DNA of 63,217 nucleotides, the filler included, from Folioceros fuciformis (lineage: Eukaryota), in assembly GCA_049999805.1 (NCBI GenBank). It is 20 parts of 20 records of this genome, joined end to end, with 100 filler letters (N's around TTAATTAATTAA, not from the genome) between each part and the next. Parts side by side here need not be neighbours in the genome. Positions count along the whole stretch, not along the records: positions 46,959 to 48,359 come from JBNGIO010006991.1; positions 48,460 to 49,589 come from JBNGIO010006992.1; positions 49,690 to 50,876 come from JBNGIO010006993.1; positions 50,977 to 55,345 come from JBNGIO010006994.1; positions 55,446 to 56,913 come from JBNGIO010006995.1; positions 57,014 to 58,414 come from JBNGIO010006996.1; positions 58,515 to 63,217 come from JBNGIO010006997.1; 13 more parts are not named here. One strand, written 5' to 3'. The translations under genes were made by a program, and so were the position numbers. The notes under the pieces were generated by a model that ran no database searches, was not told where the DNA came from, and saw only the letters and a program-made list of their open reading frames with translations. Below are positions 47,553 to 58,668 of the stretch, piece after piece (within the stretch, counting starts at the first letter, position 1; each line of letters opens with the position of its first letter).

Positions 47553-47589
<37 letters not shown>
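47553..47589. repeat. (GT)n microsatellite
   Basis: Uninterrupted tgtgtg run. Confidence 0.95.
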
Positions 47590-47592
<3 letters not shown>

Positions 47593-48459
47593 ATGGTAGG
47601 ATGCCACCATTTCCACCCACACCCAAATGCTCGTACAAACTGGGAGAGATGTGGTACGACAACCTTCCGGCGGGCCGATGAGCTCAGCAACACAATTTCC
47701 TCTCAACATTTTAGCTTGTAACGGGGCCACTGGCCCTGTGCCTGTTGGGGGGATCGAATCGTTCCCATGGAAAAAAATCGCAGAGCCCGTAGTAGCCGTC
47801 AGCCTAAAGGGGCACGTTGTTGACGCCGCTTGACCAGCCTGTCCGTGTGGCCAGCAGCACGAAACTGCGTCGACGCTGCCCTAGAGGTGTTGCATCGCTC
47901 CCGATGTCACCTTCTACATGTAGATTGCAAGTGGATTTAGGGAACGACTTCATGACGTTTCCCTCCCCCAGCTTTCCCGTTCCTTGCCTTGTGGCACACT
48001 GCTTCTTTCTTCCTCTTGTACGCGGGAATGCTTTCAATCCACTCCCGATCCCAACCCGGCCAACGCGAAGCCTGCCTTCCTGTGGTCCGTGCTGGCGGGT
48101 GAATTCCGCCTTACAGGAAAAGAGACGTGATCCACATCGTGCTTACGGCCGTGAAAGCAGCTAACAGCGCGTAAGCATGCTCCCTGTGCCTCTCTTCCTC
48201 TGCACTGTGCAGCAGATCTCAGTACAAAAATGGGCACCTAACCCAACCCAACCTAACGCAATGCAACACAATCTGGGCTCGGGCCCCCCATTCGCATCGA
48301 CCACGGGACGGAGATGCCTCCACTGCCCGTAGGGTACAGCCTCACAGTACAGCCACAGTNNNNNNNNNNNNNNNNNNNNNNNNNNNNNNNNNNNNNNNNN
48401 NNNTTAATTAATTAANNNNNNNNNNNNNNNNNNNNNNNNNNNNNNNNNNNNNNNNNNNN

Positions 48460-49199
48460 GTTATGGGCTCACAGAGACCTGCGCGGGCGCCACCTTCAGC
48501 GAGTGGGATGATTCTTCGGTGGGGAGGGTGGGCCCGCCTGTGCCGCACTGCTACGTGAAGCTGGTGAGCTGGGAGGAGGGTGGGTACCTGGTGACGGACG
48601 AGCCCATGCCGCGGGGGGAGGTGGTGATCGGGGGACCCAGCGTCACCCTCGGCTACTTCAAGAACGACGCCAAGACGGAGGAGGTGTACAAGACGGACGC
48701 GCGGGGCTTGCGCTGGTTCTACACCGGGGACATCGGGCAGTTCCACCCCGACGGGTGCCTGGAGATCGTGGACAGGAAGAAGGACATTGTGAAGTTGCAG
48801 CACGGGGAATATGTGTCGCTGGGCAAGGTAGAGGCGGGTCTGGCCGGGAGCAAGTTTGTGGACAACATCATGGTGCACGCTGACCCCTTCCACAGCTTCG
48901 TGGTCGCGCTGGTGGTGGCGGCGGAGGGCGCGCTGGAGGACTGGGCCAGGAAGGCCGGGGTGGAGTTCGAGGGGATGCAAGATCTGTGCTCCAAGAAGGA
49001 GGCGGAGCAGGAAGTGTTGCGATCGCTGGCGCAGGTGGGCAAGGAGTCTAAGCTAGAGCGCTTCGAGATTCCCTCCAAAATCAAGCTGCTTCCAGAGCCC
49101 TGGACTCCCGAGTCTGGTCTGGTGACCGCAGCTCTGAAGCTGAAGCGTGAGGCCCTGAAGAAGGCTTTCGCGTCCGATTTAAAAGCCCTGTATGCTTAA
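48460..49199 (+). CDS. Long-chain acyl-CoA synthetase, LACS8/9 type, 3' portion, intronless in the visible part
   Basis: [89 protein letters not shown]. Confidence 0.95.
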
Positions 49200-52111
49200 G
49201 AACCGGCCTGGGGCGGCCAGCACTTTCATCTCCCGAACAGCCGTCGCCGACCGGGAGATGCAAGTGGTGCCTACCTCCTCCTGGTCACACGTCTGCATCA
49301 TACTGCTACTACTTCCTTCAGTCTCAGGCAAGAAATGCTTCGAGTGCACCAAATCCTTACTGGTATGTCATGTCCATGAGTTCCTCATACATAGCTTGTC
49401 CCCATGGGCTTGGTTTGTGTAACGGGTGCCATATCAATTCTTGCGTAATACGCCTGAAATTAGTCCTCCTTATCAGCTCAGGAAATATGCTGTCGCATTT
49501 AGGTCCGAAATGATATATGATTCCTTGATACGGCGGTGGTAGTGGTGATAGGGGGCCATGGTAGTGGTGATAGGGGGCCGTGATAGTGGNNNNNNNNNNN
49601 NNNNNNNNNNNNNNNNNNNNNNNNNNNNNNNNNTTAATTAATTAANNNNNNNNNNNNNNNNNNNNNNNNNNNNNNNNNNNNNNNNNNNNCTCCTATTCAT
49701 TTTCCTATTCCCGGCATCATATCACTCTCTAACACACGCACTAGCACTTTCCTCGATAACTGCCTTATTCCACGCCCATCTACATTGTCCATGTAGTCAG
49801 TCCCAATCCCGGTCCCGACTGACTGATTGACGGACTATGGATCATCAACCTCTCTACACGCCTATTCTCTTCTCTTATCTCCTCTCCTGTCCTCTCTTGT
49901 GCCTTCTTCCACCTTCCTTGTTCCTTCCTCACATCCATATCCGCTAGCTAGCTAGCTAAGTCCTCCCCCTTCCCAACCTAACCCCCTTAATACTCTTTCT
50001 GAGCAGCAGCAGCAGCAGCAGGACCAGGACCAAGACCAAGACGTACTCCTGTCTCATTAGCTTATTGGGAACATTCCTGGCGTCTACATCAATCAATGGT
50101 AAGCTCAATCATCTTATTCCCTAGATTCCTTAGTTTTCATCACCCCATGACTAGTCGCAGCGAAGTTGATTGACCTATCTTATGATTTTAGGACTGTTGT
50201 GTGAGAATATGATATATTAGATAATATTCTAGTAGCCGGAGATACAAAAAGTCCTTTCCTTTGCTTGTGACGTATATTCCACCCCAGAATCTAGCACATT
50301 GTGAATCTTTGCTGGGTGCCGGGTGCCGGGCGCCGGGCGCTGGGTGATTCTGCAAACAAGCAAGGAGAATATCTCTTGTCCATTGGATTTACTGCTTCGC
50401 AGCATGCGTGACAAGTGTGAATAGTGCGGTGCATATTTCAACATAATCAAATGTGGTGACTGACCCTGACAAGGAGGAGGGAGGAGGAAGGACGGCATCC
50501 TTGTGGCACAAACAAACACGGTATCTGCGTAGAAATGGCATGGCAACGGCGATGGCTGGAGAAAGAGTGCAGTGGAGTTGAGTGGGACTCGGAGGCGACG
50601 GAGTGTGTTGACCAGTGCAATAGCAGCAGCGCAACAAACAAGGAATAGGCGAGCCAGCAACAGAAAGGAAAAGGGGACTGGAGAATGGTCACAGGGGGGT
50701 ATGAAGATGTCGGAGGGGGAAGAGGTGAGCGAGATGGGAGGAGAATGTTACGGCACCAAGGTCCCACTTGGCACATGCACCTGCACCCGCACGGCCGCCC
50801 TTCTCTCTCTCTCTCTCTCTTTCCCTTTTTCCTCCATCACATACATCCCCATCGCCCACTGCTTCCCCTTCTTCCCNNNNNNNNNNNNNNNNNNNNNNNN
50901 NNNNNNNNNNNNNNNNNNNNTTAATTAATTAANNNNNNNNNNNNNNNNNNNNNNNNNNNNNNNNNNNNNNNNNNNNCTGTAGCGCCATCCGTAGAAGCTT
51001 CAGTGGACTGAAATCGAAACAACCAAAGACAAGAGAACGGTGAGTAAACTATGAAAGTTGGCCGCTTCACCCGCGTTGTCCAACGGGAAGAAGTGGGCCT
51101 GAGTTGTTTGAAGTTGAACTCCAGTGAAGCTAGCGATGTCCGCACTTGAAAGAAGATGGCGGTGCAGGCGGCGAGAACTGTGCAATTCATGTACTGTACT
51201 CTGTGGCGAATAGTTGAAGCTACCTCTTCTTGCGTTTCACACGCGGGCGCCGAGCAGAAGAATAAATTTGTCCCCAGACAGCGGCCCCAGGTTTGCTCAG
51301 GTGCTACATCTTTTGCAAGAATTGCAGATTTCATCTGCAGTCCGAAGAATATAGGCGTGCGCAGCAACTTGCAAGCACGACGGGGCTAAAGTGTGTATTT
51401 GAAGTTACATCCGGATCATGTGTGCCACAGGAGGATGTTTGCTGTAGGTGTTCAATCGGAAGGCTGCTCCGGTCACCGTCATGCAGCGTCAAGCAGGAGT
51501 CATGAGATATGTCTGGCACAATCGGAGCACAGTGCCTATCGTGTGAGGATTTCAAAAAGCATCGATCGCACATTCGGCATCCAGTGCAAGAGGCCTACGT
51601 TCCGTTGTGTACAGAGGACTTTCAAGGATTCGCTTAGGGCTTGCAATGTGTGCTGTGTGGTCGGCTGTCAGGTACAGTGGAATGTAGTTGACATGTTAGC
51701 AGACATGAATGTAAGTGGAATCTTAGAGTCATGTTCTGTAGCCACAGTGCTCTTTACTACGTGCCTATGATTGATTAGAAAACTTGTTGTCGGTTGTTTC
51801 GCAGCATACCAACACGAGAGGGAGATTGATGCCTCCGGAGGTAGTGGCTGAATGGGGTTCGATGAGCCTGCATCATCCAGGTGCAGGGTTGCTGGAGGAG
51901 TTGGTATGGAATATTCAAGCTGCAAAGCCTTGCATGTGGCGAGGGTACTCAGCAAGGCAGAATGAGAGTGGAAACCATGCCATGGATGGCCCTGACCCTT
52001 TCTGTGGCTTCCTTCCAAAGGTGCTCAAACATGGCCGATGGCTGTTGAAGAGGAAGGAAAGCGACAGGAGTCAGCCTTGCAATGCCGTTTTCCTTTCAGT
52101 GAATCTCAGGA

Positions 52112-52734
52112 TTGTCTCCTTCACCGGCAATGCCGGGAACAAGTGCATGCAGTGGCTGCGAGAGCATAAATTATTGGATGATGGAGGCGGCGGTTGTGAT
52201 TGGGGAGGAAGTGGCAAGGGGAAGGTTGTCACAGGACCTGAAGGAGCAGGAGATCACTACTCCGGTTCTCAGGCGCCTCGGTTCTACCTTTTTTGGGGTT
52301 TGTGCATTAGCTTGGCCTGGATGCTCCTCCGGGCAGTTGCTTTTCACCAAGGGGCATCAGAACTTTGCATTAGCTCGGTTTCCGACTGTATGCTGGGCAT
52401 GCTGTGGCTAGGTTGGTCGTGGAGCTTCATCGCCCTTGTCCTTTGGATCACCAGAATGCCCGTGCACTTGCTTTGCACATACAGCCCCGAGCGGTTCATT
52501 GGAAGGATCCCCTTGTTACGTCAAGTGAATCGGCTCAGGCTTCACGAAAGCATGGCCAAACACCTCGGGTTGGTACCAACGTTTGCCTTGTCTTGGTTCT
52601 TCTTTTCTGATCTAGCCTCCTCTTGGAAGCAAGTCACTGGCAGAGACAAGGTGAAGCTCCGAAGCGCTCGGGAAAAGAGGTCCTCGAAAGCTGTCCCGAG
52701 GAGGAGAGATGGCAATTTCCGAGGGAAGATCTGA
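52112..52734 (+). CDS. Probable last exon of an unknown multi-pass membrane protein
   Basis: Follows a candidate acceptor (ctcag, ~52109) within a 316-codon ORF; about three hydrophobic segments and a basic C-terminus. Upstream exons are unresolved. Confidence 0.4.
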
Positions 52735-52918
52735 TAGTTTGAATCACATTGGTTGGCTTCCAAGCGCAGTGAGCTTGCCAACTCACTGGCACAAGAAAAA
52801 AATAATCCGAGGTGGCTACCCGCAGAGGCATGCAAGACACCTGGCGGCCGGGTCTCACATTTCTACACCCTCCACAGGAACTTTGTCGGGGAATGCAATT
52901 TGGATTAAGACATTTGCA

Positions 52919-53602
52919 ATGGGTGCGGTGCGGCAGCTGTGTGGTGGGGTGTTTCGAGCACAGAAGCAGGCTCGGGGCATCGTCGTCAATGCAGCACTCG
53001 GTCGAGCTGGGTCTCTCGGCAGCAAGAGCAATCGAGCAGTGGGCAGCCTGAGCTTCGTTGTTGGGGCGTGCGGTCTGCACTCTCAACAGCCTGGACGAGG
53101 TATCCATGCTACCACGAGCCAGAGCTTGAAGGAGGCAGGACGGTCAGAATCAGTTACCGACGACCGACATGGTGGTTCACCGGAAGGCAAATTGCGAGAT
53201 TCCGAAGACGGAGCAGATGAAAAGGTGGGGGCGCCGAGGACTTCAGCTACTGCCCCACACGATGCCATCGGGGAGGAGCAGAGGGTGGACACGTTTGTGA
53301 TGGACGGCGTGGCAGGCCCTGCCACCGACGATACAAAAAGTCTCAAAGACAGTGTGAGGGACACAGTGAGCTCCGTCGGCAAGAAGCTGAAGTGTTTGGG
53401 GGACTCGATGAAAGGTTCGGTGACTTCTTCCACCTCTACTTCCGACTCCGAGTCATCCGCGGACGACTCCGAAACTGTGGCAAGTTCTAGCGACGACGTC
53501 GTGCAGAAAGTCGGTGATGCTGTGAAGCGAGCTGGAGAAGGCATGGAGAAGACAGGGGGGAAGCGTAAGAATCTCGGAGACACCAACATAGTCTCGCAGT
53601 GA
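52919..53602 (+). CDS. Hydrophilic LEA-like protein with a mitochondrial-presequence-like N-terminus
   Basis: Arg/Ala/Ser-rich N-terminus lacking acidic residues, ending in RGIHAT; then K/D/E/S/T-rich amphipathic segments (SLKDSVRDTVSSVGKKLK, VVQKVGDAVKRAGE). Confidence 0.55.
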   Translation: MGAVRQLCGGVFRAQKQARGIVVNAALGRAGSLGSKSNRAVGSLSFVVGACGLHSQQPGRGIHATTSQSLKEAGRSESVTDDRHGGSPEGKLRDSEDGADEKVGAPRTSATAPHDAIGEEQRVDTFVMDGVAGPATDDTKSLKDSVRDTVSSVGKKLKCLGDSMKGSVTSSTSTSDSESSADDSETVASSSDDVVQKVGDAVKRAGEGMEKTGGKRKNLGDTNIVSQ

Positions 53603-56229
53603 CCTGTCAACCCGTCAACGGTCATCCGCCAATATTAGCGAAGAGCGAGCTGGGATGACGGGGTCCGGATGCCCCGTGCCACCTTGTTTGAATTGGAAAG
53701 TGAAAGGCGCGAGCATGCCTGTCGGAGCCCCGATACTCTCACAAAGCAGAGGCGTTCGAGACAGGCATGGTGAGTTGGTTTGAATCCCAGTCTCCGATTC
53801 GAATCGAAGCACGACGTCCCATCTTTAGGCAAGTCGGAGAGTCGTGCCCTGCGTGTCCACGAGTCAAACCGCGTGCCTCCTTCCTCGACACTCGCTCAAC
53901 ATGTAGACGGATAAAGGATCGCGGCGTTACACATGCTTATGTTATCTGGAGTGACCAGCATGATGTACGTACATATTGAGATTTTGTTTTTTGGTTTTTT
54001 TTAAACCGGAGCGAGTCCTTGACACATACATAGCTATGCTATGCACGTAGTGTAGTGTAGGTACATACATACATACACACTTGTGCAAATTATTGTGCTC
54101 TAAAATCTACGTCGGACTGTCGAACTCGGATTCGGACTCGCATTGATGGGAATTAAAGAGCATGCCACATCTAGGAGGAATTCCCTTGGTAGTAAGTACT
54201 GTACTGTACTGTACTGTACTGTATAGTAGAATGTACACTAGACCGACCGAGGAAAGGCTACGTACAGTGGTGTACCGTATGTGCATGTGGGCGAAAAGGA
54301 AGGGAGTGATCGCGGGAGTGTAGGGGTAATAATACAGAAAAGTGCAGCAGGGCGTGTTGCATCCCTTTGGGTAATGAGCGGAAGGCGGGGAGGCGGATTG
54401 ATTGCGATTGCACCTCCGGGCGTCCCTGTAACACATGGGATCGGGGCAATGGACAGGCAGGTGTTGTGTTTGTCCCTGTCCGTGGCCTTGTCCCTGAAGC
54501 CTGTGGCGTGTCCGTGTCGCCGTCCGGGCATGGCATGCCAATACGGGAGAAGGGAAGGGAGGCAGAATCCGGCCCGGGAGGCAGAATCCGGCCCGGGAGT
54601 CGGAGAGCGGGACCACCTTTTGTAGCGGCAGTGGCAGCGGGATGCAAGTTGTGCACAATGAACGCCACGAACGGCGAGGGCAGGGGAAGGCGGCGAGCTG
54701 GGTGGCGCCGAGGGCTCGATGGCCCAAGGGCTGTGGGCCGTAAGCCGTGAGCCGTGAACCGTGGAATGAGGAGTGCACCATTTCCTCGTGGCCCCCGGGG
54801 CCCTTGGTTGATGAAACGGAGGGAGGAAGGAGAAAGAGACGGCGGGAGGGGCCGGCCCAGTCGCCGGTCAGGAGCTGCTCCAGACGGGGCAGCGCCAGGC
54901 CCAGGCCAGCCTGGGCTGCCCGTCGTGGACTCGTGCGTGCCCGCCCAATCGCTGCTCACCTCCCTCTCGTGGTCGCCTATTTAGCTGCGTCCCGCTCCGA
55001 GGCTTGGACCCGCACGAAGTAAGGAGTGTGGCGGAGGAGCATGTTGTGCGTGGGCTCTGGCTGGGACTGGGAACAGGACCGTCCAGGTGATTGCCCTGCC
55101 CTGCCGCACTCACGCCACACCTCTGCACCGCCCATTGCTTTTGTTGCTTGCGCGGCTCGCCTGCCCTGGCCGCTTGCGATCATTCGGCCCTGTCCTTGTC
55201 CCGAGCGTGCACTTCACGCCCCCGCCTTCCCTACATGAGGTCTCCCGGCGGGCGACTCTCCAACTCCGCCTCCGCCTCCGCCTCCGGATCCCTCCGCCTC
55301 GCATTGCCGTATCTGGGTGCGCTGCTTCCTCCTCGGAGCTGTCAANNNNNNNNNNNNNNNNNNNNNNNNNNNNNNNNNNNNNNNNNNNNTTAATTAATTA
55401 ANNNNNNNNNNNNNNNNNNNNNNNNNNNNNNNNNNNNNNNNNNNNCCAGTGCTCCATGTTGGGCCACAGGAGCAAGTCAATCTAGGGAACAAGAGGTTCC
55501 CCCTCTTGCTCGGGTACTGTCACTCCAGGCAGTAGTTCAGGGCGCGACCTCATCCTGCCAACCTTCTCCTCGTGCTCCGGCTTCTGCGGTCCCTCCTCTC
55601 TCGCTGAGCACTCGCTGCTTGCCTCGGCCCGTCCTATTGCCTCAGTGTCTGCTTCCCTTCCGGCCGCCTTCACGCTCCCAGATTACTTCCCTTCACGTTT
55701 CGAATACTAACTTAGTTCCCCTTCAAACTTCCCTTTAGGGTTTTTATACTAGCCGTTTTCTTCTCTCACTACCGCTAGTTGGACTACCACCAGTCGCCCT
55801 TTCGCGACGGTTGCCCTGCTGACCACCGTCGCCCAATCACCTCAACCCATCCTTTTTTCCTGAATCCACAACTAGCTATCCCCCTTCCCTACTCATTTCT
55901 ATTCCTTATTTTCCAAGGGGGGAGGGGGTGCATATATAACCACCTAATGTCCCCGAACCACTTAGGCCCAAGGACACCCTCGCTCACCCACTTCCAGATC
56001 ACGGTCTTCGGTATCCCAAGCTCCCAAAGACCAAGGCCACTTTTGGGTATGAATACCCCTATCTTATTCACATACTAAGCCGATTTGCTCATTCCTTCAC
56101 ACAAAAAATTACAGCCTGCTCATTCTATCACTCAAAATGGGAGTGTCAAATTTTTTTTTCCTCTACACCATCCAAGCTCTACTACCAACACGACCCGACT
56201 ATTGAGGGGGTCTCAGTTTTTGATTCAGC

Positions 56230-56913
56230 AACAAGCACAAGGCAAGGGGATCCACTGGGGGTGCTCGTTTTGCAATGGCGCATTTTCGTGCGTTGTCCTC
56301 TACTACCTTAGCATTTCGAGAATGCCTTTTCCCTTCCATGTGTGGGCACCTTCAAGTGTGCTGTCGGTGATTTGGGTCGGAAGTAGGCTTCTTTGCTAGT
56401 TGCCTTTGGAGGGGTTGGTCTTTTGGTCATGGAGGCCTCTGCCAGCTGCCTTTCTCGGCAACTGGTCCTTCTCAGCTCCAAATTTGGCCTCTCGTTTTTT
56501 GCTACAAGATTCCCTAATTCTTGAAAGTTTTATTTCAGGTGTTGAGAAGAGCGTTTTCCCTTTACAGGTGTCTCTTAGGCAAGCGAGGGATTCTCAACTT
56601 GTGGAGGCTCGTGAGGCTCTACTTCCTTTCACCTCCTTTTTTAGGGACGGGTTGAAGGGTCTCCAAGCCTCCCTCATAGAAAAGCAATATGGCCAAGCAC
56701 TAAGAGCCCTTCTTTCAGACTCATCCATCCCTAGGTCTTCTCGAGCTTGTGTTCGATCTTGTTCAGGTAAAGAAGTGGGCTCTTGGCTTTTAGCTCGACC
56801 TTGCATCCAGGCGTTTCGAATCGCACTAGCAACTTTCGCCACCACAATGAGATTTCGCTTAGGTTTGGCCCACCCCTTGGCTTTTTCTCTCTCTACATGC
56901 AGTTGTGGGGTTG
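56230..56913 (+). mobile_element. Degenerate non-LTR retrotransposon fragment, CRE/RLE-type
   Basis: Frameshifted RT segment TRQGDPLG / FAMAHFRAL...FRECLFPS, then the post-RT segment VRSCSG...GSWLLA.P...F....R.RLGL.HP....CSCG leading towards a zinc knuckle. Confidence 0.7.
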
Positions 56914-57157
56914 NNNNNNNNNNNNNNNNNNNNNNNNNNNNNNNNNNNNNNNNNNNNTTAATTAATTAANNNNNNNNNNNNNNNNNNNNNNNNNNNNNNN
57001 NNNNNNNNNNNNNCTGACCCCTGACACTGACATACCCAGATACCCGTTCCTATGTTCAAAACACTATTATTTTTCTATTATTTAATATTATTATATTATT
57101 ATTTAATCAGTTACTATTATATATCTTTAATTAATATTAAACTAATCACCCAACCCT

Positions 57158-57716
57158 ATGGCCTGGTACCTGTGGTGGAAAGAATCCGGGGACACCCAGG
57201 GGCTTCCCTCTAGCGGCCACACCTATCCCGCTGTCGTGTAGTCTAGCAGGTTTCGTTCCCTCGAAGGAGAGCCTGTTCTAGTTGTGTGTGTGCGACTCTA
57301 TTCGTACCTTTCTTCTACCACGACCCTCGCGAACCTGAATACACCTCCTGTCTGCCAAACACGCCTCTGCTGTCGGTGACTCACTCCAGTAGGACACCCA
57401 CGAGTGTGCGTGCGAAACACGGCACCTCACACCCAGGCGTCTGGGCCATCACGATCCCCACCAAGCTACCAGACGCTGCAGACAACGCAGCCGACAGGAG
57501 CGCACTTGTTGGAACACGAACAAGTGTGCTCAGGCTTGGTAAGAAACGAAGACCAACCACTTTATCTCTTGAGCCCTATGACTCTTATAGAATTCCTGGC
57601 TACTGTCGGTTGGGGTGGTTGATCGGGTAGGCAGCCATTGATGGTCCCTCACCTGCTACAGCGCTTAAGCGCATTAAACAGTGTCTTTAAACGCTTAAAC
57701 CACCCCTCCTACCACG
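57158..57716 (-). mobile_element. LTR (57171-57716) with adjacent PBS-like sequence
   Basis: Imperfect inverted termini (cgtggtagga ... ttccaccaca on the - strand) followed by ggtaccaggccat, resembling the tRNA-Met PBS tggtatcagagc; homologous to 45581-45690. Confidence 0.55.
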
Positions 57717-57736
57717 TCTATCCTAACTACCCAACT

Positions 57737-58210
57737 CTATTGGGGATGCTTCGGTGGTTCGAATGGGCAGGTCAGAATGGCAATCTTTGCATCCTCTAGC
57801 CTACCACCAACTTTTCCTTCAACCTTAATCAAGTCAAGGTTGACATCACGTCTCTCCAAATCCGCCACAGCAAGCACAGCTTTCACTGCAATTTCCGCCA
57901 GCATCCGTTTGCACCTACCCACTATCTTGGAAGATAGCGTCGTCATGCACGTTTGAATGAGAGGCTCAGCATTATTTGCACTGAAGTCAGACTTGTGCGC
58001 AATGTGATTCAAGTGCTCAGTGGCGACCTTAGACGCTATCTCATACCCCTCAGCGATCCCAATGGGGCGGATGCCCCGATCTAGTAGCTCTTCCGCCTGC
58101 TCCAAGAGTGTATCTGCTGTGACTACAACCCCAGTTGTGTCGTCACCAATCTCAAAATCCTGATCTTTCAAAAGCTTGACCATCAGCTTCCCAATTTGAT
58201 TCTCAACCTT
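57737..58210 (-). pseudogene. CCT5: Processed, internally deleted fragment of chaperonin CCT5 (TCP-1 epsilon)
   Basis: [10 protein letters not shown]...[11 protein letters not shown]...[68 protein letters not shown]. The GDGTT motif is mutated to GDDTT, the segment between the two ED motifs is missing, both ends are lost and there are no introns. Confidence 0.85.
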
Positions 58211-58668
58211 CCTCTGCTCCTTCTGCCGCTCAAGCTCCAGGCTGCGCTCGCTCCCGAGCCGTCTCCACCTCCCGTTGCCTCTCCTGGTACAGGTTCCGCA
58301 GCTGCTCCTCCCCGCCCAAGCTCTCAGCAACAGCGGCGCGTCCCCCGTCCCTGTCCGATCGCCCAATGTTTCTCCCCATCCGCTGTTGATCCACCAGCCA
58401 GGCCGGTTGGTCCANNNNNNNNNNNNNNNNNNNNNNNNNNNNNNNNNNNNNNNNNNNNTTAATTAATTAANNNNNNNNNNNNNNNNNNNNNNNNNNNNNN
58501 NNNNNNNNNNNNNNACTTTACACGAGGCCGTATCCAATCTGTGCCTTCCTCTCGGTTTGTTGGAACAAACTCCTATTTAGGAGCGGTTTCCATACATAAC
58601 TACAACCTACTGGAGTAGAATAAAATTAGCGTCTACACCTGTATAATCAAGACGCAAATCGCCTAAGA

